This document shows, piece after piece, positions 12,901-24,700 of a DNA stretch of 64,000 bases. Position 1 is the first letter of the stretch; each line of letters starts with the position of its first letter. Made by a program: the position numbers and the translations under genes. The notes under the pieces were generated by a model that saw only the letters and a list, made by a program, of their open reading frames with translations, did not search any database and was not told the DNA's origin. This DNA is from Ascidiella aspersa (Eukaryota), in contig OZ004608.1 of assembly GCA_963924565.1 (NCBI GenBank), positions 10,416,001-10,480,000 on the forward strand. The letters are read 5' to 3'.

Positions 12901-13296
12901 TTATACAATAGTATTTATATTCTGGATAAACAATTTTGGGTATTATTGAGATTTACTTGCTATAGGAAATCAAGGTGTCAATGCCCTATGTAAAATAAAG
13001 TCAACCATTCAAAAGTTTGGGTATTAAGATATTTTTAGTTTTGTTTTGTAGTCTTTCAGTCGATCTTCGGCTGATCTTAAGTATGTAATTATTTGGCGGC
13101 GTGTAACTGGTCAAAAATAACATTTTTTCTTGTGTTTTAACAGAAGTACACTGTTTCCGAGGAGAGGATTGCTGACCAGAAGACGATGGATGACCAAATG
13201 CTGCCGCTGATCAAAAAATCGACATTCTTGGCAGGATACCTTTCCAGCAAGTTCGGTCTCCAGACTGGTCAATACCCTCACTTGCTGAAGTTTTAA
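9905..13296 (+). CDS. RPL6: 60S ribosomal protein L6 (eL6), 247 aa, 4 coding exons
   Basis: Exons 9905-10117, 11406-11598, 12381-12565, 13144-13296. Motifs [70 protein letters not shown]. The last intron needs a GC donor (GAG|GCAAGT). AATAAA at ~13313. Confidence 0.97.
10245..10716. mobile_element. Foldback/Mutator-like non-autonomous element with internally repetitive TIRs
   Basis: TIR GGGTAACACTAATTTACGGAATGAT ... ATCATTCCGTAAATTAGTGTTACCC; perfect 9-bp TSD TGTTATTGG; arms built from GAATGAACTGTCGGAATG-type modules in inverted orientation; centre GTTAGGGTTAGAGTTAGG. Confidence 0.85.
10789..10913. repeat. Palindromic MITE-like element (family copy inverted at ~29586-29696)
   Basis: ACAACGCATATTGTTTAGGTTAGGGTG ... 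CACCCTAACCCAAACAATATGCGTTGT; related sequence in reverse orientation in an Eph intron. Confidence 0.7.
11007..11091 (+). ncRNA. Box C/D snoRNA, SNORD49 (U49)-like, copy 1
   Basis: Intronic in RPL6. Terminal stem ACATG/CATGT, box C ATGATGA (11013-11019), D' CTGA (11035-11038), D CTGA (11083-11086). The D' guide GGAAGTGCCGT matches my recollection of the U49 guide (28S region GUCGGCUCUUCC). Confidence 0.85.
11656..11744 (+). ncRNA. Box C/D snoRNA, SNORD49 (U49)-like, copy 2
   Basis: Near-identical to 11007-11091, in the next intron. Stem GCTACATG/CATGTGGC, box C 11665-11671, D' 11687-11690, D 11733-11736; both guides unchanged. Confidence 0.85.
11781..12313. mobile_element. hAT-type MITE in RPL6 intron
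   Basis: CAAAGGTTGGCAACCTA ... TAGGTTGCCTACCCTTG; TSD ATGTATGA/ATGTATGC. Confidence 0.75.
12654..12727 (+). ncRNA. Box C/D snoRNA with 18S rRNA guide
   Basis: Terminal stem TTGCC/GGCAA, box C variant ATGATGT, D' TTGA, D CTGA (12719-12722). The D' guide GTTTCAGCTTTG is a 12-nt complement of the conserved 18S sequence CAAAGCUGAAAC. Confidence 0.75.
12738..12840 (+). ncRNA. Candidate box H/ACA snoRNA
   Basis: Two hand-folded hairpins (TAGTT/AGCTA with CGCA/TGCG; AATGT/GCATT with TGGTTG/CAACCA), an ANANNA box ACATAA at 12778-12783 and a terminal ATA+3 nt. Short for the class. Confidence 0.3.
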
Positions 13297-13582
13297 ACCT
13301 TCTCAGATCTCTAATAAAAGAAAAATCAAAATCTCGATTGTGTTTACTTATGCCACAAGTTTATAAAAGGCGAAGTTTCAACCTTTTTAACCCACAGAAC
13401 ACTACGCATTAAAATATATTCTAGCTGGACACCAAACGAAAGATTAGACTAATCCATTTAAATACTACGGCGTAATTTACCAACTTAGTCAAGTCAAGTC
13501 GTAGCCTACATTGGTCTGATTCTTCAGCCTGTATTTCTAACCTCTTACATATTCCCATTAGGATGAATCATGGATGTTCTAC

Positions 13583-14014
13583 CAGACTTGGACAACTAGA
13601 TTTATTTTAGCTTTTCAAAACTAAATTAGTATTAGATCGTTTTGAGTTTTCTCAAATTAGATTAGAATTGAAATTACCAAATTTCTAAAAAAAATCACAT
13701 TTAATTTTTTACAACCAACTTAATTTATTCTTATAAGAACGTGAATGGTTAATATGTGCCTGTTAATTGTTATGCCTTTTTAGACTGTAAAAATTACATA
13801 CAAGTCGTTCCAACCTAAAATTCTAATTGAAATTCTGTGTATGAACTGACAGACCAAAAATGCCGTGGACAAAGTAGCATTTTTGGTAAAATCCGAATTA
13901 GATTAGAATTAGAGCGCACAAGCAATTCACAAATTAGGTTAGAACTAGAATTAGTCGCATTTTGCTCTAACTCAATGAATTAGAAAACTAGAATTATCTA
14001 GTTGTCCAAGTCTG
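13583..14014. mobile_element. hAT-type MITE (CAGACTTGGACAACTAGA TIR)
   Basis: 18-bp TIRs; TSD TGTTCTAC/TGTACTAC; internal TTAGA-rich subterminal repeats; a truncated left end recurs at ~14901. Confidence 0.8.
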
Positions 14015-15747
14015 TGTACTACAATCGATGCGTGTGGTATAGAGCTTCTTCGATGCCACAATAGCCCACATAGTTGGAAATTGTTATTTTTATTATACGG
14101 TATTCCACCCTTTTATTTACAGTTTGTGGCATTATTGTTTCCAAATTTTGGATTCGGGACTCTGGTAGCCATCGCTAGTAAAAATGGGTTCTTCGCCATT
14201 AAGAAATTTAGTTACCACGAGATGTTAACCTATGCTACCGGTACATGTTTTGATATGTTCCCTTTTCAAAATCGCTATATTGCAAGGGTAGCCAACGCGT
14301 CGATCATGTGTCGGATTTCTAAAAAGAGCCTTCTTCCAGCAGTAGGCCTTTATATAAATAGAACGAAAACAGTCCATAAACTTAGATAAGCTCAAGCCTC
14401 CAGCAGCACAAGATAGTATAGTTATAGCAGGTGACAATATTGTAGGGTCAGGCTATTAATATCTTTTATTATACCTGTATCGGTTATCTTGCGGATTCAT
14501 TGTGGAAAAATACAGGTCACGTCATTTGTTGTTGTCACTTTATTATCAAAAGCCTTTATAAAAAAATATTTTATTCGATCGCAATCCAAAATAAATTGGC
14601 CACCCATGCCATATTGGATCGCAAATACTGGCTCAAATTCCTATATTCAATTCGTATCAGCAACGATACTACCCTAGTATCGGACAAAAACCCATAGGCT
14701 ACTACCACCTCACACCGGATATATGATCCGATGTTTATCAGTCAACTCCATTTGCGATCATCGTACAAAAAATGAGTAAATAACTAACATATTAAGCCGT
14801 CGCCAACTAACTGTATCTGTAATATCGTTGGTCAAAGAGCAGCTTTATAAGGACTTGAACTACACCACAGTTGTTAAACACTTGTACGCAGCTATGTACG
14901 CAGACTTGGACAACTAGATTTATTTTAGCTTCTTAAAATGAGATTGGAATTAAAATTAGAACATTTTTTTTTTCCAAATTTTTTTTTTTTTTCGAAAATG
15001 ATAAAAATCCTTTATTGGGCCACTTACCCATTTTGGACATTAAATATTGATATATTTAATAACTAATTTTTCAAAAGGATTGGTCAAAAAAATTAGAAGG
15101 GTTTTGTACTTATTGTAGTGAAAAGATTGATTGGCATTGATTCGTAGGTAAACTTGCTGAAAAAAGTATTTTGTCAGTTTCTTGTTTCGTCTACCGGCGT
15201 TAGGTGGCAGTGCGGCGTAGTTTGTTTTATTCATAAATTTGGTGGCAAAAGAGAAAAACAACAAACGTAAAAAAGCGAAGAACGCTTCGGCATATTTTGT
15301 AGGTAGGGCCCAGTAGCCTTCTTAAACGTTATGTTTGGCATGTTAAGGAGTCAAAGTTAGCTTGTTTTTATTACAAAATGTTGGGTTTTTCTAAAGGCCG
15401 TTCATGAAACTACAAAATCGTTACTGGGTTTAAATTCATAGCTGATTAGATACTATTTAAAAAAGGCATGCGATGAGCGAGGACAAATAATGACTTTGAA
15501 AATGTGTGAAGTTGGATCAACACTAGTTTACATGTGCCTAATAATAGTTTTTGAAATGCCCTAACATGTGGTAATTATGTATCAATTTCGGATTTTATTT
15601 TCAAGATACGTATAATGAACCTAATTTACTCAGCAATTGATTTTGTGTGACGATTTTGGACTGGCTGGATGCGGACTTACGGTATACTTTTCGGACGATG
15701 GACCTCCGTTTATTGAAGACAAAAAGTCCAAGTCACATGCTTTGCCG

Positions 15748-18700
15748 ATGAAGTTTATAAATGTGTACATCTTATACCTTTTAAATGTTTGTGCTGAAGC
15801 ATACCAAGGTTGGTTGGTGAAACGCTGCCTTGTGATAAATACTTGGGGAAAAATTATAACTTATTGTAACCTTATGGCTGATCCTGCTCGTAAATGCTTT
15901 GTGTGTTGAAGTTTTATGAGTCAATGAATATGTGGTAAAAAAGAAACATGTTATGCTTACTTGTTTTTACTCCTGTGATAAACTATTCAAAACTAAACAT
16001 TTAGTGGTATGAAACAGACAGATCCAAACTAAAAGTTTAAGCGTTAGTATTGCTTTTAGAATTCCTACAATTAAAAAAATCTGGCTGTGTCAAGAATCCT
16101 ACCACCTTTTTTACATTAACGAAACGTGTAAAAATCGAAATAGCAAGGAAGAAATAAATATGGGGGAATAAATATAATAATAATACTTGTCTCACCCAAA
16201 CCTAACTCACACCCTAACACAAATAATGTTAAAAACATAAACTCAGAGACAAAAATGTGGTAGGATTAGACCAGTGCCAAAATCCTAGATTCATTTTTAG
16301 TATGTAAAACACATTAAAAATATATTTTATTGGTTTTATTATTTACTTAAACTTTCTTCACCCCAAATTTGTTACACTAATACTTCTTGGACAAAAGTTA
16401 CACCCATATATGGTCTTCTACTTGGCATATATATCTATATATTTGAACTAACCTTTATACTACTGTGTATGATGTGTTGTAGTGGAAATTTTAACCACCT
16501 CAACTGAAGCATCTAGTTTGGATGGATGGAAAAAAGAGACTATTATCAATGGATCGAAAGTGGTTAATTCATCAATTCATATTGGGGTAAAATGCCTTAG
16601 TTATATTTTACATTCAAAGTAATATGATCATGTGTCTGTTAATGTCAACACAGGTTTTCAAACAAAATAATATATTTATTTACCAATATAAAAATTAAAA
16701 TATGAAAAATATACTATGATCTGAACCTTTGTATTAATATGCCTCACACATTGATACCATGGGCTAAATAAAAAAAATATTCAAATTTATGAACAATTTT
16801 GATTTTTGACCATTAATAATTAATTAATGTATATCTTTATTTGTTTTAAAATTCTACAATAAATCATGTTATATATTTACAGTGGGATGAAGTAAGTGTT
16901 TTCTTTGGCAACACCACCCCAAGGGGGTTTGAAATCTGCCCCGACACTCAGGAAGAGAAATCAAGAGACATCCAAAGCTGGCTGAGAAGCCCTTACTTAA
17001 ATGTAACAGGTAAGTTTATACCCTAGCATAGGTTCTGTGAGAAAAAGAGATGCAATGATACCCCTTTACCAAAAGGTTAGTGTTGTAATGACTTGAGTTA
17101 ATGACCTGAAGTTAACTTGCTCTAAATATGACTTGACTGGGACTTGGGTAACTGATGACTTCCAAGGACTGGCACTAGACTTGTTATGTACCGGTATTTA
17201 AAATGACTTCACTAAGTTATTTTACAAATGACTTGACTGACAATTAAAGTCATTTAATGACTTGTTGACAACACTGCAAAGTGCAAAACATATTACCTCT
17301 AATTTTAGAATGAATTTTTAAAAAGTGGAAAAGTTGCCCTATTAAACTGTGTAAACTAAAATTTTAGTCATTCTTGTAATTCTTTTGTAATCCATTCTTG
17401 TTTGGTAAATGGTTTGTTGAAATGATGAATTCGACTCCTTAGACTCCTAAGTTAATATTTGAAATCAACCAAAGCTGTTGTTTTGTTCATTGTGGTACAC
17501 TTTTCTGTATTGTTAGGATGCATATACGAACTTGGGAAAATAAACTGTTGATTTTGCTTGTAGGCGTTTCCCGGGTGTATGTCGACCTGCAGTTTTGGAT
17601 GCGGGAATGCCAGGATTTGGAGGACACAATTTGTCGGGAAACCTTTAAGGTATACTACAGGCTCAACAAGGAAAAGGAATCAGTTGCGAACCAAGTGGAT
17701 CTAAACGACTATGAATTCATCAAAGTCGACACCGTAGCTGCCGAGGTAAATGTACCATTGTCGGCCATATTGTGAAATTTGTTTTTTGAAGTTTGCAGAC
17801 AAAGTGAAATGTCTACATAGAACTGCAAATAAAGTCGAATTGACCTTAATTTTAAAAAAAGTGGAATTAGAATATCAACCAAGTTTTAGGGTAATAACAT
17901 TCGCACATAAAAACAATGTTATTTGTGTTGACTTTCTATGTTTTATGTTGGTCACAAAACACATGTTTAGATTTACTTATATTCCAAAATTGTTAAGGTT
18001 TAAATTGCTGTTCAAATGACTTCGAATTTTTGCAGAATATTCAACATAAATGATAAAATCTTGAAGTTAGCATAATAAATGTAGCCCAAGCGGCTACCTT
18101 TATTTTTTTGAAAAAATTGGGAAACCTCTATGGTTTTAAAATATTGTTTCGTTATGAAAATGTATAGTTTAAGATTAAAATAATATTACAACTAAAACAA
18201 GCCACTATGCCACTACAAAAATGTAATATCTTTTTAATACATTATATTTAAGGTTCGCTTCAACGAGGCACCCGAGACACAGAAGAAGATCAACCACGAG
18301 ATGGTGAGCATTCCCATACCGACAACACCAGGGCACAAAGCCATGTACATTGCAATCGTGGACGAGGGAGCCTGCATTTCCCTGGTCTCCACCAAGGTGT
18401 ATTACGTTGTTTGTCCGGCCATCACAAACAAACTGGCGAACTTCAGAGCAACCCATACCGGTCAAAACGACACTTCACTTGTTGAGGTTAGTTTTTAATC
18501 TTTTATCTACAATAAAAGAGATAACACAAGGTTTGGTTCAAATTTTACTTAGAGTAAATCACACTTCACTTGTTTAGGTGAGTTTCTTCTAGCCTCTTGT
18601 CAACTTTAATTCTTGCATGACACAAAGCTTAGTATTGCCAAATTTTACTTAATAATTTTGGACTTCAATAGAGCCAAAAGTATTGTGCAAATCAGTTTAA

Positions 18701-21700
18701 GTTGCTTTTACCAGGTTTATGAAGAAAGCTCCTAAATGGCGCTTCGTTTAAGTAAGAGCTATCGTATATTTTCTTTTTTACTTTGAAGCATTTTGTATTT
18801 GCAGGTTAGGGGATATTGCGTGGCCAACTCTGTACCGTTGACGGACCCGGCCTCCCCGGACCACCCCGGCCCACTGTACCGGTGCACCAGCTCGGGGGAG
18901 TGGAAGGTCAGGACCGGGTCTTGCGAGTGCCTGCCCGGATACCAGCCCAACTCTGCCAGAACAATGTGTAGTCCTTGCCCGGTCAATTTCTACAAGTAAG
19001 TGCGTTTGGAAACTATGCTTTGCGTGTAAATAGTAAGTTAATAGTTTTAGATGAACTTTGTTATAAAATTGTGGTCGTCTTTTCTCGGTATTTTTATAAG
19101 AAATTTTAGGAATTTAAAGGTATGAGGATTAGTGTGGGCATTTTAACTAATACCCAATAAACCAGTTTTTTTTTTTAAGGTTTGGTTTTGGTGACCGCTA
19201 AGTAGTTTTAAGAGACCGCAAGTGTTTCATTTAAATACCAAAAAAAGGGACCGTTTCGGTCCCCCAAAACACCCTAAAAAAAACACTGAACCTGATAATA
19301 CTTTTAACTCGGCCAGAAAGTTAGAATGCCGAAACAGTCTTTAGGTCTTTGTGTAATTTTGATCGAAAATGTTTGCAAACTTTTTGATCTAAATAATCTC
19401 GATATTAGATAAAAACGGCCGAGACTATTAACAGACCCGTTTATCCGAGTCAAATGAACTTCGTCAAAACGAATTCGCAAAAATCTAAAAATATCCCCCA
19501 AGAAATGTCGACTGCTTTACGTAACTGTTCGCTCAACGAATAAAAATGCAAATATCGAATTTAGCAAATCTTTCAAAAAATTTCTATTGCGCTTCAAGGC
19601 AGTCTGCCACCATCCAACAAAAATATGCGTCATGTAAAATAAGTCTGATTTATTGCGCAGATCGTCCTCGGGCAACAAACCGTGCACCCCGTGTCCGGCC
19701 AATTCCTTCTCCCCTCGCCCCGGTTCCACCGGGTGCCGGTGCGAGGGGGCTGGCGGCGGCCTTTTGGCCCAAGGTTCCCCAATGGTTCCAGGCGCGCCCC
19801 CGCCCCACCACGACTGCGAAGTGTGCGCCACCCTTCCCAGCGCCCCCATTCAACTTACCGTGACGCCGATCGCGAAACAACCAGGTTTGCCCTTCACGTG
19901 TTTCGCGGCCATTTAAGGCCGTTGCCGAATTTTTGCTGTACATTTGTTTTACAACTGGTCACAATTTCTGACATTTTCTGTCTTATATCGATTGCACGGA
20001 AGCTGAAAGAGCTTGATTTCAGTTCGGAGATCACTACGATCGTTTATCGATCCAATATAGTTTTCGTTCTCCATTTTCAGTCAAAAGCTTGGAAAAATTA
20101 TTGTCAGTCCTGCGATTGTTCGGGCGTGTTTCACTATATATTTTTTAAACTGTTCACAGGTATAGTGCCATAGTTTCCCTCAAATTGAACGCAGGATACC
20201 GTAAGAGTTTAATTGGATTATTTTTTTTGTCTCAAAACAAATATTTCGTTTTGAAGCGTTTAGGCTAGGAACTTAGAGATATACAAGGAAGGTTGCAGGT
20301 AAACAAACGAAAAATTTCGTTATCGCATTTTTTTTCAAAAAACTACCGAACATAATGTTTGAAATCAATAATATGGAAAAAGGTCTGTGTAAACGCATTA
20401 TCAGGGCAAGTTAAACTTCAAAAATACTGTTTAAATTTATGTCCTAAATTTAGTTGCTAATTTGTTGAATTTTTGATGGATTATTTTAATCTTAAACGTC
20501 TAATTTGCAACTGTTTTATTTTTTCAGGCACAGTTGAACTCGCTTGGAAGGAACCCCTGTCGTTTGGTCGATGCCGAAAAGTGTCCTATTGCGTTTTATG
20601 CCAAGCTTGCCCGCTTAGTACCAGTACCTCGAACGTTTCAGGTAAATAGTTGTTGCTATCACTACAGCAGTGGTTCTCAACCGCGGCACCCTGAAGTTCC
20701 ATTTCTAATGCCCAAGGGTGCCAAGAGATATTTGAGAATCTTTAAAAATCCTATTTTTGCCATATCTTACAAATTTTTGTGTAAGATTAGAGTGGAAGAT
20801 ATCCAATTGAAACTTGCGTTGTGCAGAGTTGATGTATGTTGTTCCAGTTCGGTTTATTATGACATTCTAGTGATTTGCCTACGAAAAAATTTTGTAGGGG
20901 TGCCGCAAGCCATAAAAGGTTGAGAACCACTGCACTACAGTCTGCCGTAACTGGCGATGTGTAAAACTTTATATTTAAATTAAAAACTACATTACACAGT
21001 TCTCGCAAAAGTGTAAAGGTAAGACCAAGTAATTGTAAACATAAAATGCAAAGCGATCGACTGCAAACCGTAAAATAAAACTGCTTAATGAAGTAAAATT
21101 ATTTTGTTTCGAAATTCACCTAACCCCACTAAACATTAAAATAGCTTATTGTGTGCTTACTGTAGCTCCTTCATAAATAATTTGGTTTACCTATCCTTTT
21201 AAAACGTTTGACCTAATTGCAGTAATCGCAATTCAAAGATTTGCAAAACCTCTAAATTTAACGCACATTCTCTCAAAAAGAAATTTTAATCCAAGTATAT
21301 TAGAACGGGACTTTTGTGTTAAAAGTTGCCCTACTATTCTAAATGTACTCCACAATAAAACAAAAATTAGCTATAATATAGCTAGGGTAAAATAACCTTA
21401 ATACAAAAACCTGTGGTATCGAAAACACTATTGATCCCTACAGTATCAGCGCGGTCGTCTTGTTGTCTCATTAACGTACACAGCAGTAATAGCATTATAA
21501 AGGCAAATGTTTTTGACTGTACACGCGACAAAATCGATAGTACTGATGCCCCAATGCTTGGCGCCCCTGCGGCAACCTTAGGCGTAAAATTGCGGGCAAA
21601 CGATTTTGACATTGATCTATTGAACGGGGGCTTCGGCAGTCACCGCCATGATTATACTTTTTTTTACGAAACGCAAAATTAAAAAAAAGATTTTGGTTTT

Positions 21701-24700
21701 AAATATACATAGAAGTGCGAGCCATGTCAACTTAAAATAGTAATATGTCTTCACAACTTTTGGGTAAACAGGTAATTAATGCCTTAAAAAAGTTACAGCA
21801 TATCGAAAATAAGCAAAAGCCTTACAATTAGCGGATGTTTTTTCGTTTGTTTTCAACTCAAATCGTTGATTGTCGATTTGTCTCATCGAAGGACATTACG
21901 CGCCGAGACCTCTTGCCAGAACGTTCAGGCCCTGTTGTTGATCACACGGCGATCAGGCGGGCCTGCCCATTATCGGACCTATCTGCTTCCACATCACAGT
22001 AATTGCCATTTGCGGCGAGCGGTGAGGAATTTCAACGCTCCGCGGTCGCTCCGCCATTAAATACGCTTCCTGCTAATACGACTTACTGAAGTGGCCCGCG
22101 CGTAATTACAGCCTACGCAATTACAGTAAAAACAACAGAAGAAGTCGGTATATTTTCGGGGCGCTCGAGTCTAGTTCAAGATTAGGCTACCTTATTGACC
22201 ATGGACCAAAGACAACGTATTTTATGGCTGATTTTCTTGTTTGAAATGCGTCTTTTAAGTTGAACTTCCTTGACCTATCTTAAAATCAAGTCCTGTGGCT
22301 GTGAAATTGGTCAAGATTAAAATACAGAGGGCGTAAAATACAGAAAAATGTCTACGGTTCCTACGGTAAATAAAACAAAATACATGAAAACAAACTTTGA
22401 GCTTTGCAATCTCGCTAAAAGTCAGTTGACTTTAGTTCTATCCACTTATAGTATCAGTTATATAGGAAGGTTTAATCGCTGTTGAACTTAAGCAAATCAA
22501 ATAACACAGGGTTCCTAATTCGTTTTCGTTCATGGACCAGATTAATTAACATAGCTCTGTGGCCCTACCAGTAAAAATACCACTGAAAGGTTTTTCTCAG
22601 AGCTAAATCAAAATACAAAAAGTAAGAAGCAAAAGTTTCCTTAAGTTCTTAAAAAAACATGTGGACTCCTGTGAAACCGCAAACCTCCACGTTTAAAAAG
22701 CCTATTCTGGAGAAACTCTAACCTTGCCATAAAAATAAAAAATGCTAAATAATCGGAGCACAATGGTCGAAGGGTGTTTTAGAGAAATATTTGTAAAACT
22801 CGAACGTATCTTTATGTTTGCATATCGCTCCCCATAGCTCAGTTATGACAGTGTTTTCAAACGTCGGCGGACCCCCAAGGTTTTGTGAAACAGTTTATTG
22901 GGGTCTGCAAACCAAAGTTTTGTATATACAAAAGAAACTCAACCCACAAAAGATTAACTGATTGAAAGCAAAGCAATTAATCCATCTCATTTAACTTTGC
23001 TTTGTTATATTAAAATCGCAGTTTGTGGTTTCCTGCAATATTTTAAGGGGTCCACTTAGGGTTGACACAACGGACCTTTTAAAAGTATTTTTTTTTTTTT
23101 TTTTTACCAGTCTTTGACTCAGAGTCCCAAATGGCACCCATCAAACGACACGTATTTTACAGAAAAATGTACACATTTAAAAGGAAGATTTATCGCTATT
23201 TAGGGGGACTGGGCACCCCAAGTTTCTGCTAGGCTAGTGATGCTCGGAGCACCCTAAACACCCCAAACTCGGCGCCATGGTTATAGGCTTTGCCACTATA
23301 ACGTCTGTCTGATCCAGAGCGCCAAATAACTGATTTTGCAGCAACAACGTTGCAACCAGCATTATCATCAGCATCATCAACATCATCAGCATCGCTTACC
23401 GCTTCAACTACCTCTCAATCCTCGCGCACCAACTGTTCAGCTCGCCACTCACAAGACCAAACCTCGCGCCAATATTGCAGCAACCTCAGCTTTCATCCAC
23501 GTCGATGCCAGGAACGTCCCCACCCATTAACCGTGAGCGGCTTGAGGGGCCACAGCAGGTGAGCCTTTTGCTGATTTTTCGACCTGTTGTTTTTGACGCG
23601 CTTATGACGGAAAACTTCTTGAATCGAGATATTTTTTTCGTCCGCGCTTCGCGTATAAATTCGCTTTGCCGAGAATTGTACGCTTATAATTGTGTTATAA
23701 TTGCGCGGATCACCAACTTCTGTTAATAGTTGTTTAGACTCGTTCCACAATGGCACCCATCAAACGACACATATTTTACAGAAAAATGTACACATTTTAC
23801 AGAAAGATTTATCACTATTTAGGGGGACTGAGCACCTTAAGTTTCTGCTAGGGTTGCTCGGAGCGTTTCTGCTAGGGGTGCTGATTCATTCGAATTGAGA
23901 TACTGATTATTATCTTATTGTAACATTTAAACAAACTGATTTTCGGCTACCTAAATTCTGTACTTAGTATAATATTTATCATTGATGTGCAACTAGAATC
24001 GTTTGTTTTCACCTTTCGGATTCAGGCAGATTTTGTTATTCGAGAGAAAATTCTGATTAGTTGTTTAGATTAACAAAAAATGGACACCGCGGCACGATCA
24101 ATACATCTTTAACATACTACAAAGACGGTGACAAATAGCGGCACTTAGTTAAAAGTCAATCAGAATGTCATTGGAAAAAAGTTTTTTGACGAATAAGGCG
24201 TTAAAGTTTTCTGAATAAATATTTAAATTCAAGTTTATTTGTGGAATGTGCCGACAGGCTGTAATAACCGATGACGTTGAAATCCGAAATTCATATCAGT
24301 AAAGTAACATATGAATTGTAAAATCGCAAAAATCACTGCAGTCAAAAACTCGTGTCATTTAAACACGTAATTCAAATACGATAAAGAAATCGTAACAACC
24401 ATGAAGCATTACAGTCACCATTTTCTTTCTCGATGAGTCAAATTCCTATCAGAACGACAGGCGCAGAACTAATATATGTTTTGTTTAATTCATCGATATT
24501 ATAAACCGTTATCTTTCACGGCCATCACAGCCAGACTACTTCATTTTAATGCAGTGGTTGAATAAATTAACCTGGAATTTTGGCAAAAAACATTGTGACT
24601 CTCCTGGTGCGAAGGATCGATTTTGTTCGAATGCGAAAACAACTTATATATTACCTTTTTATTTTATTTCTTGCACGAGTTTATGTGACCGGCGTGTAAG

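Noticed and set aside
13045-13126. Two small hairpins ending in ACATTT
   Set aside because: No ANANNA box, too short, and adjacent to the polypyrimidine tract.
19517-20173. Several overlapping ORFs on both strands
   Set aside because: Alternative frames of one GC-rich Eph exon (19661-19884).
21892-22060. GC-rich stretch after an AAG as a possible extra Eph exon
   Set aside because: The required phase-1 frame hits TGA after 16 codons with no good donor; exons 8 and 9 join in frame without it.
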